Source: Candidatus Eiseniibacteriota bacterium (lineage in GTDB: Bacteria > Eisenbacteria > RBG-16-71-46). From it: a DNA stretch of 64,000 nt. The translations under genes and the position numbers were made by a program. The notes under the pieces were generated by a model, which was not told where the DNA came from, did no database searches, and saw only the letters and a program-made list of their open reading frames with translations. Shown here in pieces: positions 46,401-58,421 of this stretch; the stretch's first letter is position 1, and each line of letters starts with the position of its first letter. The DNA lies in assembly GCA_963717505.1 (NCBI GenBank), contig OY970342.1:480001-544000 (forward strand), read 5' to 3'.

Positions 46401-47465
46401 ACCTCGGGACCCGTCGGCACCGTCGTCTCGATCACCGGGACCCAGTTCACAGGCACGACGACCGTGAAGTTCAACGGCGTCGCATCCGCGTTCACCGTCG
46501 TCGGGCCGACCCAGATCTCGGCGACCGTGCCCGCCGGGGCGACCCCGGGGCCGATCGCCGTGACCAACCAGGTCGGGACCACGTCGAGCGCAACCGACTT
46601 CGTGGTCACGATTCCGCAGACTACGTTCCTGCCCACGGCTGACGCGCGCGTCGAGTCCGCCAATCCAACGTCGAACTTCGGCTCGGGAGCCGGCACCCGC
46701 CCCTTGCTGCGCGTCCGGACCGGTCCTGCGATCAACTCGTATCTCAAGTTCTCGGTCAGCGGTCTGGTCGGTCCGCCGACTCAGGCCCGTGTCCGGTTGT
46801 TCTGCCAGGACGAGTCGACCATCGGTGGCACGATCTATCTGGTTTCGAACGACTATGCCGGGACCTCGACCCCCTGGACGGAGAGCGGCCTCATCTGGAA
46901 CAACGCGCCCGCAATCGGCGGCGCAGCACTCGACGCGAAAGGCGCGGTGGCGATCGGTCAGTGGGTCGAGTTCGACGTCACGCCGGCGATCACCGGCGAC
47001 GGCATCTACAGCTTTGGCCTGACCAGCAGCACCGGCAACATCGCCGGCTACACCTCGCGCGAAAGCACCACGCCGCCCGAACTGGTGATCGGCGACGGCG
47101 CCGTCGCCTCGTTGTCGGCCGGGGGCGGATCGACGCCGGTCCAGCGCGCGGCCTCGAGCGACCTCGTGATCGACGCCGAGTCGGTGGCCACGATCGCACT
47201 CGGCCCGATCCGTCCGAATCCGTTCCGCGGCGAGATGTCGTTCCGGGTCGACCTGCCACGGAGCGATCGGGTCCGGCTCGTGGTCTTCGATCTCATGGGG
47301 CGCCGGGTTCGAACGCTGGTCGAGGGGATTCTGGATGCGGGCGCGCACGAGTTCTCGTGGGATGCTCGCGACGACGGCGGGGCCCGGCTCGAGGCCGGGC
47401 TCTACCTGATCCAGCTCGACACACCCGGATTCACGACACGCCGAAAGGCCGTGCTCGCCCGATAG
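43404..47465 (+). CDS. Large secreted protein: propeller-like N-domain, six IPT/TIG, two DNRLRE/CBM96-like domains and a FlgD-type CTD
   Basis: Repeated PTI.SF.P.SG..G..V.ITG; two DARV.S.NP..N.G...SYxKF; PNPF...FDLMGR tail. Confidence 0.85.
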   Translation: MRREFDHGRRSLGSIVHAHLALAILAGSVLIAPEVDAQTPIEAGYRDFNFGTVVNDTPTGEKPQSKVWWNDGSWWGILWDPTSSRYEIHKLNTSTQAWTSTNVAADTRSSAKGDALWDGTRLYLAFHVFSNGSQNVSPSQAAQLYRYSYDAGTDQYSLDLGFPVTINSSNSETLVLAKDGTGQLWITWIQSGDVMVNHSVGNDLTWGTPYRLPIQGNDADGDDISSVFSLPGRIGIFWTNQEDEADYFAAHLDGAADNVWQPRETALSDGSLSVADDHISMALDVSGNLYVATKTSLNSTGQPLIYLLRRTPSAVWTRYVLGLVENDHTRPIVQVDEGGTIYVLMASPLGGRERIYMKTSSTSNISFPGGLGTPFISSLSDNTIRNPSGTKQLLTAASDMLVIASDQGTDRYFHNLLAIGGSGPAIASFVPASGVPGNQVTISGSGFTGATSVTFNGVNAPGFIVDSANQIRVNVPATATTGPIRVVTPQGTAVSSANFVIEAAPTIASFTPGSGPPGIEVTVTGTSFVGTTDVRFNGLSTSFTVDGDTQLRANVPGGATTGSISITNGVGTGTSSSSFVVTAPPPVVTFTAVHDARVESGNPTSNYGTGSGNTTLLRVRAGPEIDSYIKFNVSGLSGPVVSAKLRLFCIDDSPDGGRVYATSNNYLGTSTPWTETGIIWNNAPGVGGTILDHKNNVAVNAWVEFDVTPAITGNGTFSLGLTSGLSNIAGYQSKEWANPPQLVVSTAAGSPTIASFTPSSGPPGTVVTITGGNFGTTSAVAFNGVTAAFIIDNNTELRATVPSAASSGPISITNAIGTTASAAIFTVTPPTITGFTPDSGPIGATITITGTQFATVSVVRFAGTAASFVIDSPTQIRATVPVGAASGPISVVNPAGSASSATSFTVILPPTVASFSPASGPPGAQVAITGTQFSIATAVTFNGASASFVIDSPTQLRATVPAGASTGLIGVTNLAGSATSPTAFTVLPSGAPTIADFAPTSGPVGTVVSITGTQFTGTTTVKFNGVASAFTVVGPTQISATVPAGATPGPIAVTNQVGTTSSATDFVVTIPQTTFLPTADARVESANPTSNFGSGAGTRPLLRVRTGPAINSYLKFSVSGLVGPPTQARVRLFCQDESTIGGTIYLVSNDYAGTSTPWTESGLIWNNAPAIGGAALDAKGAVAIGQWVEFDVTPAITGDGIYSFGLTSSTGNIAGYTSRESTTPPELVIGDGAVASLSAGGGSTPVQRAASSDLVIDAESVATIALGPIRPNPFRGEMSFRVDLPRSDRVRLVVFDLMGRRVRTLVEGILDAGAHEFSWDARDDGGARLEAGLYLIQLDTPGFTTRRKAVLAR

Positions 47466-47536
47466 GGTCGGAACGATTGCCGGCTTCCGGAGCCTGCGTT
47501 AGGCTTGAGGCCCCCTCGCTCCTGGAGCCCGCCGCC

Positions 47537-47980
47537 ATGTCGAATCCGCCCGATGATCCTTTCGAGAACCTCCAGCGCGAGGTTCAGCGGCTGTTCCACG
47601 ATTTGGTTTACAGCCGCCATCCGGTCGCACACTTCGCCGAGCCGTCGTGGTCGCCGCCGGCGGATCTGGTGGTCAGCGCGGACGAGGCGCGGGTGATCGT
47701 CGAGCTGGCCGGCGTCCCGCGCAAGAACGTGCGCGTTCGCCTGCACGGCAACCTGCTCGAGGTCTGGGGTCAACGCACGCCACCTTCGCGCCTGCATGGT
47801 GCTCGCTACCACCGGGCCGAGATCTACTACGGCGAGTTTCGGCGACTGATCGAGCTGCCCTGGCCGGCCGACGAGGCCAAGGTCGAGGCCCGCTATCGCG
47901 ACGGACTCCTCGAGATCTCGCTGGTTCCCGCCGGCCGACTGGAGCCTCGGGAAGTCGCCATCCAGACGCCGGTGCGCTGA
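47537..47980 (+). CDS. Hsp20/alpha-crystallin small heat-shock protein
   Basis: W.PPAD, ELAGV, YGEFRR and A.YRDGLL; promoter TTGCCG-17-TAGGCT at 47477-47505. Confidence 0.9.
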   Translation: MSNPPDDPFENLQREVQRLFHDLVYSRHPVAHFAEPSWSPPADLVVSADEARVIVELAGVPRKNVRVRLHGNLLEVWGQRTPPSRLHGARYHRAEIYYGEFRRLIELPWPADEAKVEARYRDGLLEISLVPAGRLEPREVAIQTPVR

Positions 47981-47990
47981 GGTCCGGCCG

Positions 47991-50659
<2,669 letters not shown>

Positions 50660-51241
50660 CAGGATCCCTCGCTGATCCGCAGGAAGGGCATCCAGGGTCA
50701 GCAGTTAACGGTCGTTGTCACCGCCACCGACAGCAACGATGGCGCTAGGACTTATCACGCTGCATATGTGGACAAGGCCGGAATGTCCTGGAACGCGAGC
50801 ACCCGCACATTCAAGTGGACGAATGCCGGGCCCGCCGGCACGTACTACGTGAAATTCTGGGTGACCAATGGCTCTGTGGCCGGAGGCGCGCAGAACGGTG
50901 CAATGGATGCGATCCTCGCCCAGATCACAGTAACATCGAGTAGTCCCGAGCGATCGGGGATGCCCTCAAAGGTCCAGCTTCAGCAGGCGCCACTGGTTTT
51001 CGGACCCAACCCCACCCGCGGCGAGTTCGTGGTCCTGACCCCGGCGAGGCGCGAAGCAGCCACTCTGGAGATCTTCGACGTCCGCGGACGACTCGTGAGT
51101 CGGGACTTCCAGGCCGCCGCTGACCGCGTCGTCTGGGATGGAAAGGATCGTCTTGGAATGGCGGCAGGTCCTGGCGTCTACCTCTACCGCCTGAGAGTAG
51201 GCACCGATCTGCGAGAAGGCCGCGTCGTGGTCGTGAAGTGA
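50660..51241 (+). pseudogene. 5'-truncated Ig-like plus T9SS/FlgD-CTD gene fragment
   Basis: Frame is open from the lon stop; no signal peptide; TATD Ig-like strand; PNP..IFDVRGR..GVYLYR. Confidence 0.55.
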
Positions 51242-51873
51242 TCCGCATCGCGTTCCTTGTGACTGTCGGTATCCTCCTTCAATCCGTCCCGCATGCGGAA
51301 GCCGACTCTTGTGCGACCACGACGTCCGTGGCAGTAGATACGAGCGCTATCAACGATCACATTCCTGCTTACTTCGGGAAAGCGCCGGGCCAGACGTTCT
51401 TCGCAAGTGACACGATGATCAGGTCGCTGACCGTCTGGCGTTCCTCGAACGTGGGACCCAATGGCACGGGGATGAAGCTCTGGATCACCGACGTCGATTC
51501 TACCGGTATGCCGCTGACCCTGCAGGTGGTTGTCGACGGACCGGTGCTCTCGTTGCCGATAGATGATGGGCATACACCCATAGAGGTGCGCTACGAGTGG
51601 GACCCTCCGATAGCGCTTCCTGGGACGGGACGGTATGCGTTCTTCATCCAGCAGTACTTATGCGATGGCACCTTCGATTTGCACACTGCTCCCGACCTGT
51701 ATCCAGGAGGCAGCCTATGGCGGACTCATCGCGGCATTCCCTATTGCGAGCTTCGCGAGCGGCCCCAGAACTGGACCAACTACGACCTTGTGTTCTCGAT
51801 CGAGTTCTGCGGCGATGCCTCGACACCAGCGGTTCAAAAGTCGTGGGGCCAGGTCAAAGTGCGGTACCGGTAG
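51238..51873 (+). CDS. Secreted hypothetical protein with C-terminal SWGQVKVRYR motif
   Basis: Signal peptide; four Cys; TP...SWG.VK..YR tail. Confidence 0.75.
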   Translation: MIRIAFLVTVGILLQSVPHAEADSCATTTSVAVDTSAINDHIPAYFGKAPGQTFFASDTMIRSLTVWRSSNVGPNGTGMKLWITDVDSTGMPLTLQVVVDGPVLSLPIDDGHTPIEVRYEWDPPIALPGTGRYAFFIQQYLCDGTFDLHTAPDLYPGGSLWRTHRGIPYCELRERPQNWTNYDLVFSIEFCGDASTPAVQKSWGQVKVRYR

Positions 51874-53826
51874 CTACTCCCTCCGCTCGATGACCATCCG
51901 TCGCACGATCACCAGCGCGTCCAGGTCCGACTGGAGCGCGATGTCGACCGTGCCCCCGCCGTAGCGGATGCCGACCCGATCCGGCGCCTGCGCGAGCACG
52001 GCTTCGGTCGCCGAGTCGCGAATCCAGACGTTGACTCCCGGCAGGCTGGCTTCGATCGACACCACCCACACGCCGGGCGAGAGCGTGATCCCGGTGACAC
52101 CGGTGACCCGTTCGGGCCGAATCGTGACTCCCGCATTGCCGAGATCGTCGAGCCGCACGGTGCTCGCAGGGTCGGCGCTGATGTGCCAGCCCGGGATCAC
52201 GATTCGGCTGTCCGAGATCTCGATGCCCAGTGGCCCGCCGTCGCGTCGCATCCAGATGCGCGAGCGCGTCTTGTACGGCTCCGGGGTCTGGAAGTTGACG
52301 ATCGCATAACGCTCGAGGAAGCGCGGGTGGGCGCGCATTTCGAGGCCGCCTCTGTAGTAGGCGGTGTCGCCTCCCGCGGGATTCCGGAACAGGACCAGGT
52401 CCGGCTCGCGGCTCATCAGGTACTCGCCGATCGTGCCATCGCCCGGAGTGAGCTCGCGGACCGAGCCTCGCGGCAGCGACGCGAGATGGCTGTCGTTCGT
52501 CCCCGCCATGTCGATCGCCGGGAGCCGCGAGAAGTAGGGAATGGCGCCCGGTTGTTCCACGGCGATTCGCGGCCGCATCGAGCGAAACCCGCTCCCCAGC
52601 ATGCGCCCCACCGCTTGGGCCTCTTCGAGTTCCACGTCGCCGGCGTGCACGCCGCGCATCGCTGGATCGAGTATCTGGAGCGGCACGTAGATCGCGAGCG
52701 CAACTGCGGCGAGCAGCGCGAGACGCGGACCCGAGACGCCGCGCTCCCGAGCGAGCGTCAACGCTCGTGCCGCCAAGAACGCAAGCACGACCAGCGCTGG
52801 CAACATGAAGCGGCGCGCGGGCAGGTCGTCGCCGCCCATCAGGATCACGCACGCCAACCAGCCCCCGAGCATCACGAGCAGGAATCGCATCGCGCCGCGA
52901 TCCTCCGTCGCGGGAGCCGCGGCAGCCTCCGGCGCCGAAACCCGGCGTCTCGCCCACCACACAGCCGCCACCGCGACCAGCACGATCGGCGCCACGGTCG
53001 GAATCGCATCCACCACGTAGATCGCGCCGCCGAGGAGTCGCCCCGGTCCCAGGTCGAGCTGCTCGCGCACCGTGCTCGGCAGCAGGTTTCCGTGATAAGC
53101 GACGCGGAACAGACTGTGCGCGACGAGCGCCGCACCTGGCCACGCGAGCAATGCACCGATCTCACGCCGTGATCGTCCAGCCGCCCACAGCCCGGCGGCC
53201 GCCGCGATTCCGAACACAACACCTTCCGGACGAGCGATCGTCAGGAGCGACAGCATCATTCCCGCGGGAATCAGCGCCGTCCACGCGATCTCGTCGCGAT
53301 CGAGCAACGGCAGGACCAGCGCGATTGACCATGCGAGCAACGCAGCCACCATCGTGGCCTCGAAACCGCTGATCGACCACGCGGCGAGCGGCCCCGAACA
53401 CCCAATGGCCAGCGCCGCAAACGCGCCGGGCACCAGGTCGGCGAGCTCGGCCACCCGGCGCCGCCACAGCACGGCCACCACCGTCGCGACCGCGGAGGCG
53501 ATGCCGAGCATCCAGCTCGCTCGCACCAGGTCCACTCCCAGGGATCCGACCCCCGCCGTCGCCAACACCCACAAGAGGCTCGAGTAGCCCTCGATTCGCT
53601 CGCCACCGGTCCAGGTCAAACCATGCCCCTGAAGGATTCGATCGGCATAGCGCAGCGCCACGTAGGCGCGATCGAGATGGAACGGGAAGACGTATGCCGG
53701 AAACGCGAGGGCTGCCGCGATCGCGGCGGCGACCAGCGCCCACCACCCGGCGAGCGTCGATGCGGCGGGGCGCGCGGTTGCCGCTTCGGAGTGTGCGGAA
53801 CCGCGGGCTGCGCGCCGGGATTTCAC
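51874..53826 (-). CDS. Multi-TM GT-C-like membrane glycosyltransferase
   Basis: D.AY..LRYA, EGYSS.LW, SGFE, RPEG, RF.LP and GAIPYFS...IDM.G.ND. Confidence 0.7.
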   Translation of the reverse strand: MKSRRAARGSAHSEAATARPAASTLAGWWALVAAAIAAALAFPAYVFPFHLDRAYVALRYADRILQGHGLTWTGGERIEGYSSLLWVLATAGVGSLGVDLVRASWMLGIASAVATVVAVLWRRRVAELADLVPGAFAALAIGCSGPLAAWSISGFEATMVAALLAWSIALVLPLLDRDEIAWTALIPAGMMLSLLTIARPEGVVFGIAAAAGLWAAGRSRREIGALLAWPGAALVAHSLFRVAYHGNLLPSTVREQLDLGPGRLLGGAIYVVDAIPTVAPIVLVAVAAVWWARRRVSAPEAAAAPATEDRGAMRFLLVMLGGWLACVILMGGDDLPARRFMLPALVVLAFLAARALTLARERGVSGPRLALLAAVALAIYVPLQILDPAMRGVHAGDVELEEAQAVGRMLGSGFRSMRPRIAVEQPGAIPYFSRLPAIDMAGTNDSHLASLPRGSVRELTPGDGTIGEYLMSREPDLVLFRNPAGGDTAYYRGGLEMRAHPRFLERYAIVNFQTPEPYKTRSRIWMRRDGGPLGIEISDSRIVIPGWHISADPASTVRLDDLGNAGVTIRPERVTGVTGITLSPGVWVVSIEASLPGVNVWIRDSATEAVLAQAPDRVGIRYGGGTVDIALQSDLDALVIVRRMVIERRE

Positions 53827-54680
53827 GCGAGCGCGCGCAGCTCGCTGCCGGCTTCGTTGATCTCGCCCAGGTCCGCGGCAAAGCCAGCCGCACCGTGGGC
53901 GCGCGCATAGCGCACGGCGTCGGGCAGCGTCGAGGCGCCACCCGCGCACAAGTCCTTGGCCACGATGTGCAGACCTGATCCACGCACGGCGGCGAGCACT
54001 TCATCGGGGTTGGGCTTCATCCCCAGTCCTCCCGGGTTGACCGGCGCGACCACGAAGTCCGGCACGAGTTTCCACTCGTCGAGCCGCCCGATCAAGGTGC
54101 CGAGATTGTGGGATTCGAATCCCGCGAGCGTGCGAAACCGTCTGCGGACAAAACGCAGGAACGATTCGAACACGCGGGCATTGCCGGCGGCGAGGGCGAA
54201 GTCCGTGATCCAGGCATCGAGCACGACGCCGCGCAGCGAATGTCCGGTGAGCGACGCCAGTTCCGACTCGACCAGCACCGGAAGTCGCGAGGCCCAGTCG
54301 CCACCGTAGAACGCCGCGGGCCGGGTGATGCGGGTGAGCGCCGAGCGCATCGACGAGCCGTTCCGTTGCCCGCGCCGGTGCAGGAGCGGCTCGACGCCGG
54401 GCTCGAGCTCGAGGCGCTCCACTTCCGAGAGCGCCGGAACCACCGCGAACAGGGGCACCTTGCGCTTGAGCTTCTTCATCGCATCGACCAGCATGGGCGA
54501 GGGACTGGCGAGCAACCCGTCGACGCCGGCTTCGAGTGCTCGCGCGATGGTCACCGCCAGCGATCCGGCTTCGCGGTAGCGAGCGGTCACGTCGAGCACG
54601 CGCTTGCGCGGCAGCAGCGACATGCCGTTGAGCGAGCGCGTCCCCATCAGAATGCGCGGCGGCGCCGGCAGCGGCTTCAT
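53823..54680 (-). CDS. Hypothetical TIM-barrel-like protein
   Basis: Coupled ORF with overlapping start/stop on both sides; weak aldo-keto-reductase-like pattern. Confidence 0.6.
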   Translation of the reverse strand: MKPLPAPPRILMGTRSLNGMSLLPRKRVLDVTARYREAGSLAVTIARALEAGVDGLLASPSPMLVDAMKKLKRKVPLFAVVPALSEVERLELEPGVEPLLHRRGQRNGSSMRSALTRITRPAAFYGGDWASRLPVLVESELASLTGHSLRGVVLDAWITDFALAAGNARVFESFLRFVRRRFRTLAGFESHNLGTLIGRLDEWKLVPDFVVAPVNPGGLGMKPNPDEVLAAVRGSGLHIVAKDLCAGGASTLPDAVRYARAHGAAGFAADLGEINEAGSELRALA

Positions 54681-55774
54681 GGCGTGCCCACGATGTCGAT
54701 CTGGGCGCCATTCGAGCGCGCCGAGGCGTAGAGGGCCGCGATGGCACGCACGGCGGGCAGGCAGGCCTCGATTCGAGTCGGTGACGGGGCAACACCTGCC
54801 GCGTCCGCCAGGAACTCCGCCATCAAGGCGCTCGGCGCCTCGCCGTCCAGGTCGAAGCGCGCGGCGTGTGGCAGGTCGGCGCGGCCGAGTCGCGTGACGC
54901 CCGACGGCCAGCGGCCCATCGGGAACACCAGCTCCAACTCGAGCGCATCGTCGGACGCCAACATGCGTCCGCGATCCCCTTCGACCTCGATCACGGTCAT
55001 CGGACGCGGGTAGCCGGGCACGCTCCAGCTCGCCTCGAGGATGATCTCGCGGCCATCGGAGCGCACCAGGGTCCCGCGGATCTCGTCCTCGTGGGGTCCG
55101 TACAGCCGGCTCGCAGTGGCGCTGGCGCGCACCGGGTCGCCGAACATGGCGGCGAGCACATACGCGAGTTCGCTGCCATCGTGGGCCAGAACTCCGCCGT
55201 CGACGCCGTCCTGGACGCGCGCCCGTTGCCCGGCGGCGTTGAACACCCTCGACACCGAGAACGACGCCCGCACCTGGGACGGACGCCCGGGCACGCCGCT
55301 GGCCACCGCGCGTGCGGCCATCGCGAACACCGGATGGTGTGCGAGCGGACAGGCCACGACCACGGTGCGCTGGCGCTCGCGCGCCCGAGCCGTGAGCGCC
55401 TGCGCTTCGACCACCGTCAGCGCCGGCGTGCCATCGATCAACACCGAGGCGCCGGCATCGAGGGCCGCGAGAGCGGCCTCGAGCCGCGCTTCGGGCTCGA
55501 GACTGACGATCACCGCTTCCGGCGTGTCGTGCTCCAGCATGGCCTCGACCGATACATGCGGTCGCAAGCCCAGTCCCATCCCGCGCGCATTCCGGCGCGT
55601 GGCCGGGCGCGGATCGGCGAGCCCGACCAGCTCGGCCTGCGGCAACACTGACAGGGTCGCGGCGTGCAGCAAGCCGGAGCGTCCGAGACCGGCGACTGCC
55701 GCGCGGACGGTCGCGTGCCCGGGTCCGAACGGGGCGAGCGCGGGTGCGGCGATTGACTCTTCCGTGAGTGCCAT
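54677..55774 (-). CDS. Gfo/Idh/MocA-family oxidoreductase
   Basis: GLGRSG..H Rossmann motif; GGVL..; IEVEG..G. Confidence 0.85.
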   Translation of the reverse strand: MALTEESIAAPALAPFGPGHATVRAAVAGLGRSGLLHAATLSVLPQAELVGLADPRPATRRNARGMGLGLRPHVSVEAMLEHDTPEAVIVSLEPEARLEAALAALDAGASVLIDGTPALTVVEAQALTARARERQRTVVVACPLAHHPVFAMAARAVASGVPGRPSQVRASFSVSRVFNAAGQRARVQDGVDGGVLAHDGSELAYVLAAMFGDPVRASATASRLYGPHEDEIRGTLVRSDGREIILEASWSVPGYPRPMTVIEVEGDRGRMLASDDALELELVFPMGRWPSGVTRLGRADLPHAARFDLDGEAPSALMAEFLADAAGVAPSPTRIEACLPAVRAIAALYASARSNGAQIDIVGTP

Positions 55775-55853
55775 GGCGATCAGGGTAGAAGGTAGGAAGC
55801 GGCGGCGCAACGCCCGGACGGATCGGTTGTGCTTCGTGCCGCCGCGTTCGTCG

Positions 55854-56429
55854 TCATGCCGTCATCCGGAACTCGATCTTGGGATCCTCGCGGTCCGACT
55901 CCTCGACCTTGAACAGCTCCTGACGCTGACAGTGGAGCCAGCCGGCGACGTACATGTCGGGAATCTGCTCGATGCGCGTGTTGAATGTGGTCACGGTGTC
56001 GTTGTAGTACTCGCGGCGGTCGGCGATCTGGTTCTCGAGATCGCTGATCCGGTGCTGGAGCGCCATGAATCCCTGGTTGGCCTTGAGGTCGGGGTAGGCC
56101 TCGGCGACCGCGAAGAACGAACCGAGCGCCCGAGTCAGTGTGTTCTCGGCGTCGGCGCGCTGCGCCACGGTCTGCGCCTGCGCCAGCGCCGCCCGGGCTT
56201 CGCTCAGCTTGTCGAACACCGCACGCTCGTGCTGCATGTAGCCTTCGCACACCTTGACCAGCTTGGGCAGCTCGTCGTGCCGCTGCTTGAGCAGCACGTC
56301 GATGTTCGACCACGAGCGCTGGATGTTGTTCCTCAGCGCCACCAGGCTGTTGTAGATGCCGAGGAAATACCCGAGCACCCCGACCACCGCAAACAGCACG
56401 AGGACGAGAACGATCACCTCACCGATCAT
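55854..56429 (-). CDS. lemA: LemA family protein
   Basis: YNSLV, WSNIDV.L..R.D, EAYPDLKA and R..YN..V..FN. Confidence 0.93.
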   Translation of the reverse strand: MIGEVIVLVLVLFAVVGVLGYFLGIYNSLVALRNNIQRSWSNIDVLLKQRHDELPKLVKVCEGYMQHERAVFDKLSEARAALAQAQTVAQRADAENTLTRALGSFFAVAEAYPDLKANQGFMALQHRISDLENQIADRREYYNDTVTTFNTRIEQIPDMYVAGWLHCQRQELFKVEESDREDPKIEFRMTA

Positions 56430-56467
56430 GGCGTCTTAACCCCCCTTGCAACGCGGCCTCGGGCCGC

Positions 56468-57559
56468 CTACCTCGCCCCCATCGCGGGAGCGAGAACGAA
56501 GAGCCAGTACATCAGTCCGAATACCGTCAGCAACGGGCCGCCGATCAGCTTGGCGAACGTCAGCAGGCCCAGGGTCGTGGTCAGCGATTCTTCCGACTCG
56601 CGGCTGATCAGGAACGTCGGGTCGTTGCGTCCGCGCCGGATGACGGCGACCACTTTTCGATGCAGCGCCTGTACGCGGCCCGGGCCGTGAGCGGTGTCGC
56701 CGGCGGAAGCGGCGCGCCGGCGCGCCTGGATCATGTCGTACGCGGCCCCGGCCATGAGGGCTTCGGGGCCCGCTTGCCGAAAGACTCCCGCGGCGATCAC
56801 GGTTCCGGCGAGCACGTCGTCGCGACTGCCGGCCACAGGGCGCATGGCGGGGACCACCTCGCCGGCCGCTACCGGTCGCGTGGTCCTCGGGCGGGTCGCC
56901 TCGATGCCGGGCGCCATCGGGCCATCCGTGCCGGTGGCCTCGAGCGGAACGTTGGACTCGGCAATCGCCGCCGCCATCGGTTGTTCGTTCAGCTCGACGT
57001 GTGAGATGTCGCGGCTCTGCGGTCGCGGCTCGGCCGAGCCCAGGACGTAGACCTTCTCGCCCTCTTCGACCCGGTGCTCGCGGAAGCGCATCTGCGAGAA
57101 GCGCCACAGGAATCGCCGCCACAGGCGCCGATTCGCCATGAACTCCGAGTACACGTCGGGGATCAGCGCGCCGACGCAGGCCTCCTCGGCCGAAGGCGGC
57201 ACGCGGCAGATCGAGCCCTTGGGGTAGACCATCGCCACACCCGTGCCGTCGTCCACGTAGAACGGTTGTCCCGAGGTTTCGCGGTACACGGTCGTCCAGC
57301 CGTGCTTCTCGTTCATCCGCAAGGCGATCTCGACCTCCCAGTAGGCACACGGCTGATTCGAGAATGGCGCTCGCACCGAGCTGCGCTGCAGCACATCGCC
57401 GTAGATCTCGACCAGCCCCATGGCCATCGAGCGAATGCGCGAGGTCGGCGTGTTCTGGATCAGGCGATGGAGCCTCAGGTCGCGGAAGCCGCGAAAGAAC
57501 AACACCGGCCCCGCGCACAACGCGGCCATCGCCCAGAATTTGAGTTCCATGTCGTTCAT
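56468..57559 (-). CDS. GIDE-domain membrane protein
   Basis: TM, TPTS.IRS...GLVE..G, PFYVDDGTG, VYVLG, FLIS..SE, TM; adjacent to lemA. Confidence 0.7.
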   Translation of the reverse strand: MNDMELKFWAMAALCAGPVLFFRGFRDLRLHRLIQNTPTSRIRSMAMGLVEIYGDVLQRSSVRAPFSNQPCAYWEVEIALRMNEKHGWTTVYRETSGQPFYVDDGTGVAMVYPKGSICRVPPSAEEACVGALIPDVYSEFMANRRLWRRFLWRFSQMRFREHRVEEGEKVYVLGSAEPRPQSRDISHVELNEQPMAAAIAESNVPLEATGTDGPMAPGIEATRPRTTRPVAAGEVVPAMRPVAGSRDDVLAGTVIAAGVFRQAGPEALMAGAAYDMIQARRRAASAGDTAHGPGRVQALHRKVVAVIRRGRNDPTFLISRESEESLTTTLGLLTFAKLIGGPLLTVFGLMYWLFVLAPAMGAR

Positions 57560-57804
57560 GCGCGATTCACTCGATGGGTGGACTCGTCCCCTCGACCGCC
57601 GGAACGCCGTATCACGGCCAACGCAGCGAACGCTCTGCGGGCCCGGGGGTTATCGGCGGGTGCCCCAGCCGTCCCCAGCCCGAATTGGCCCGATCTCGGC
57701 GGGTGGCGGGATGCGCCGAGCGGGGAGTCCGGAGGGCATCGACCCCTTCGCCCCATGGTAGGCTCGGGGCTGCCGGCTCCCCGGCCCTTTCCAGGAGTGA
57801 ACCC

Positions 57805-58197
57805 ATGAAGCGCCCGATTTTCGCCCTGGTCGCTATCCTCCTCACGCCGCTCGCCACAGCCCCCACCCGCGCGGCGGTCAACGTCGAGCGCCACGGCGCG
57901 GAGAACCCCATGGTCGAGATCTCACGATCGATCCTCTACGGCGGACTCGCCGGGCTCGCGATCGGCGGCGCCATCGCCATCGCCGACGAGGACAGCGACA
58001 ACACCGATCCGCTCAAGTACGGGTTGGTTGCCGGCGTGTTCGCCGGCGCGGCGGTCGGGTTCTACTGGGTCATGTCGCGCCCGCAGCCGTCCGCGGCGCT
58101 CGAGCTCGACTCGGAGTCGCTCGCGCTGCGACTGCCAACGCCGGTGCTCACCCGGGATGGCGGGACGCGCGTCAGTTTGGTCGCGTATCGGTTTTGA
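57805..58197 (+). CDS. Small glycine-zipper-like membrane/secreted protein
   Basis: AGGAG RBS; signal peptide; two Gly-rich helices. Confidence 0.7.
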   Translation: MKRPIFALVAILLTPLATAPTRAAVNVERHGAENPMVEISRSILYGGLAGLAIGGAIAIADEDSDNTDPLKYGLVAGVFAGAAVGFYWVMSRPQPSAALELDSESLALRLPTPVLTRDGGTRVSLVAYRF

Positions 58198-58421
58198 GGC
58201 CTGTTCGGCGGGGAATGGCTCCCCAACAGGAAAGTTGTTGACCGATGGGGGCTGGGGGTGTAAGGCTTCGCTTGCGGTTGCTGACGAAGCGCATCTCTTT
58301 GGGCGACCCCCAACTCTTCTGAGATGAGCTTCGCGCGCCGCACCGAGGTTGTGTGCGTCCACTGGCCGCGATTCACTTCCGTGGGACGTCACGCGCTCGC
58401 CGTCTGATCGAGCCCTGTCGC

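Noticed and set aside
58254-58312. GGGGGTGTAAGGCTTCG resembling a tmRNA 5' end
   Set aside because: Lacks the following AC, a tag ORF and a tRNA-like 3' end; only local hairpins are present.
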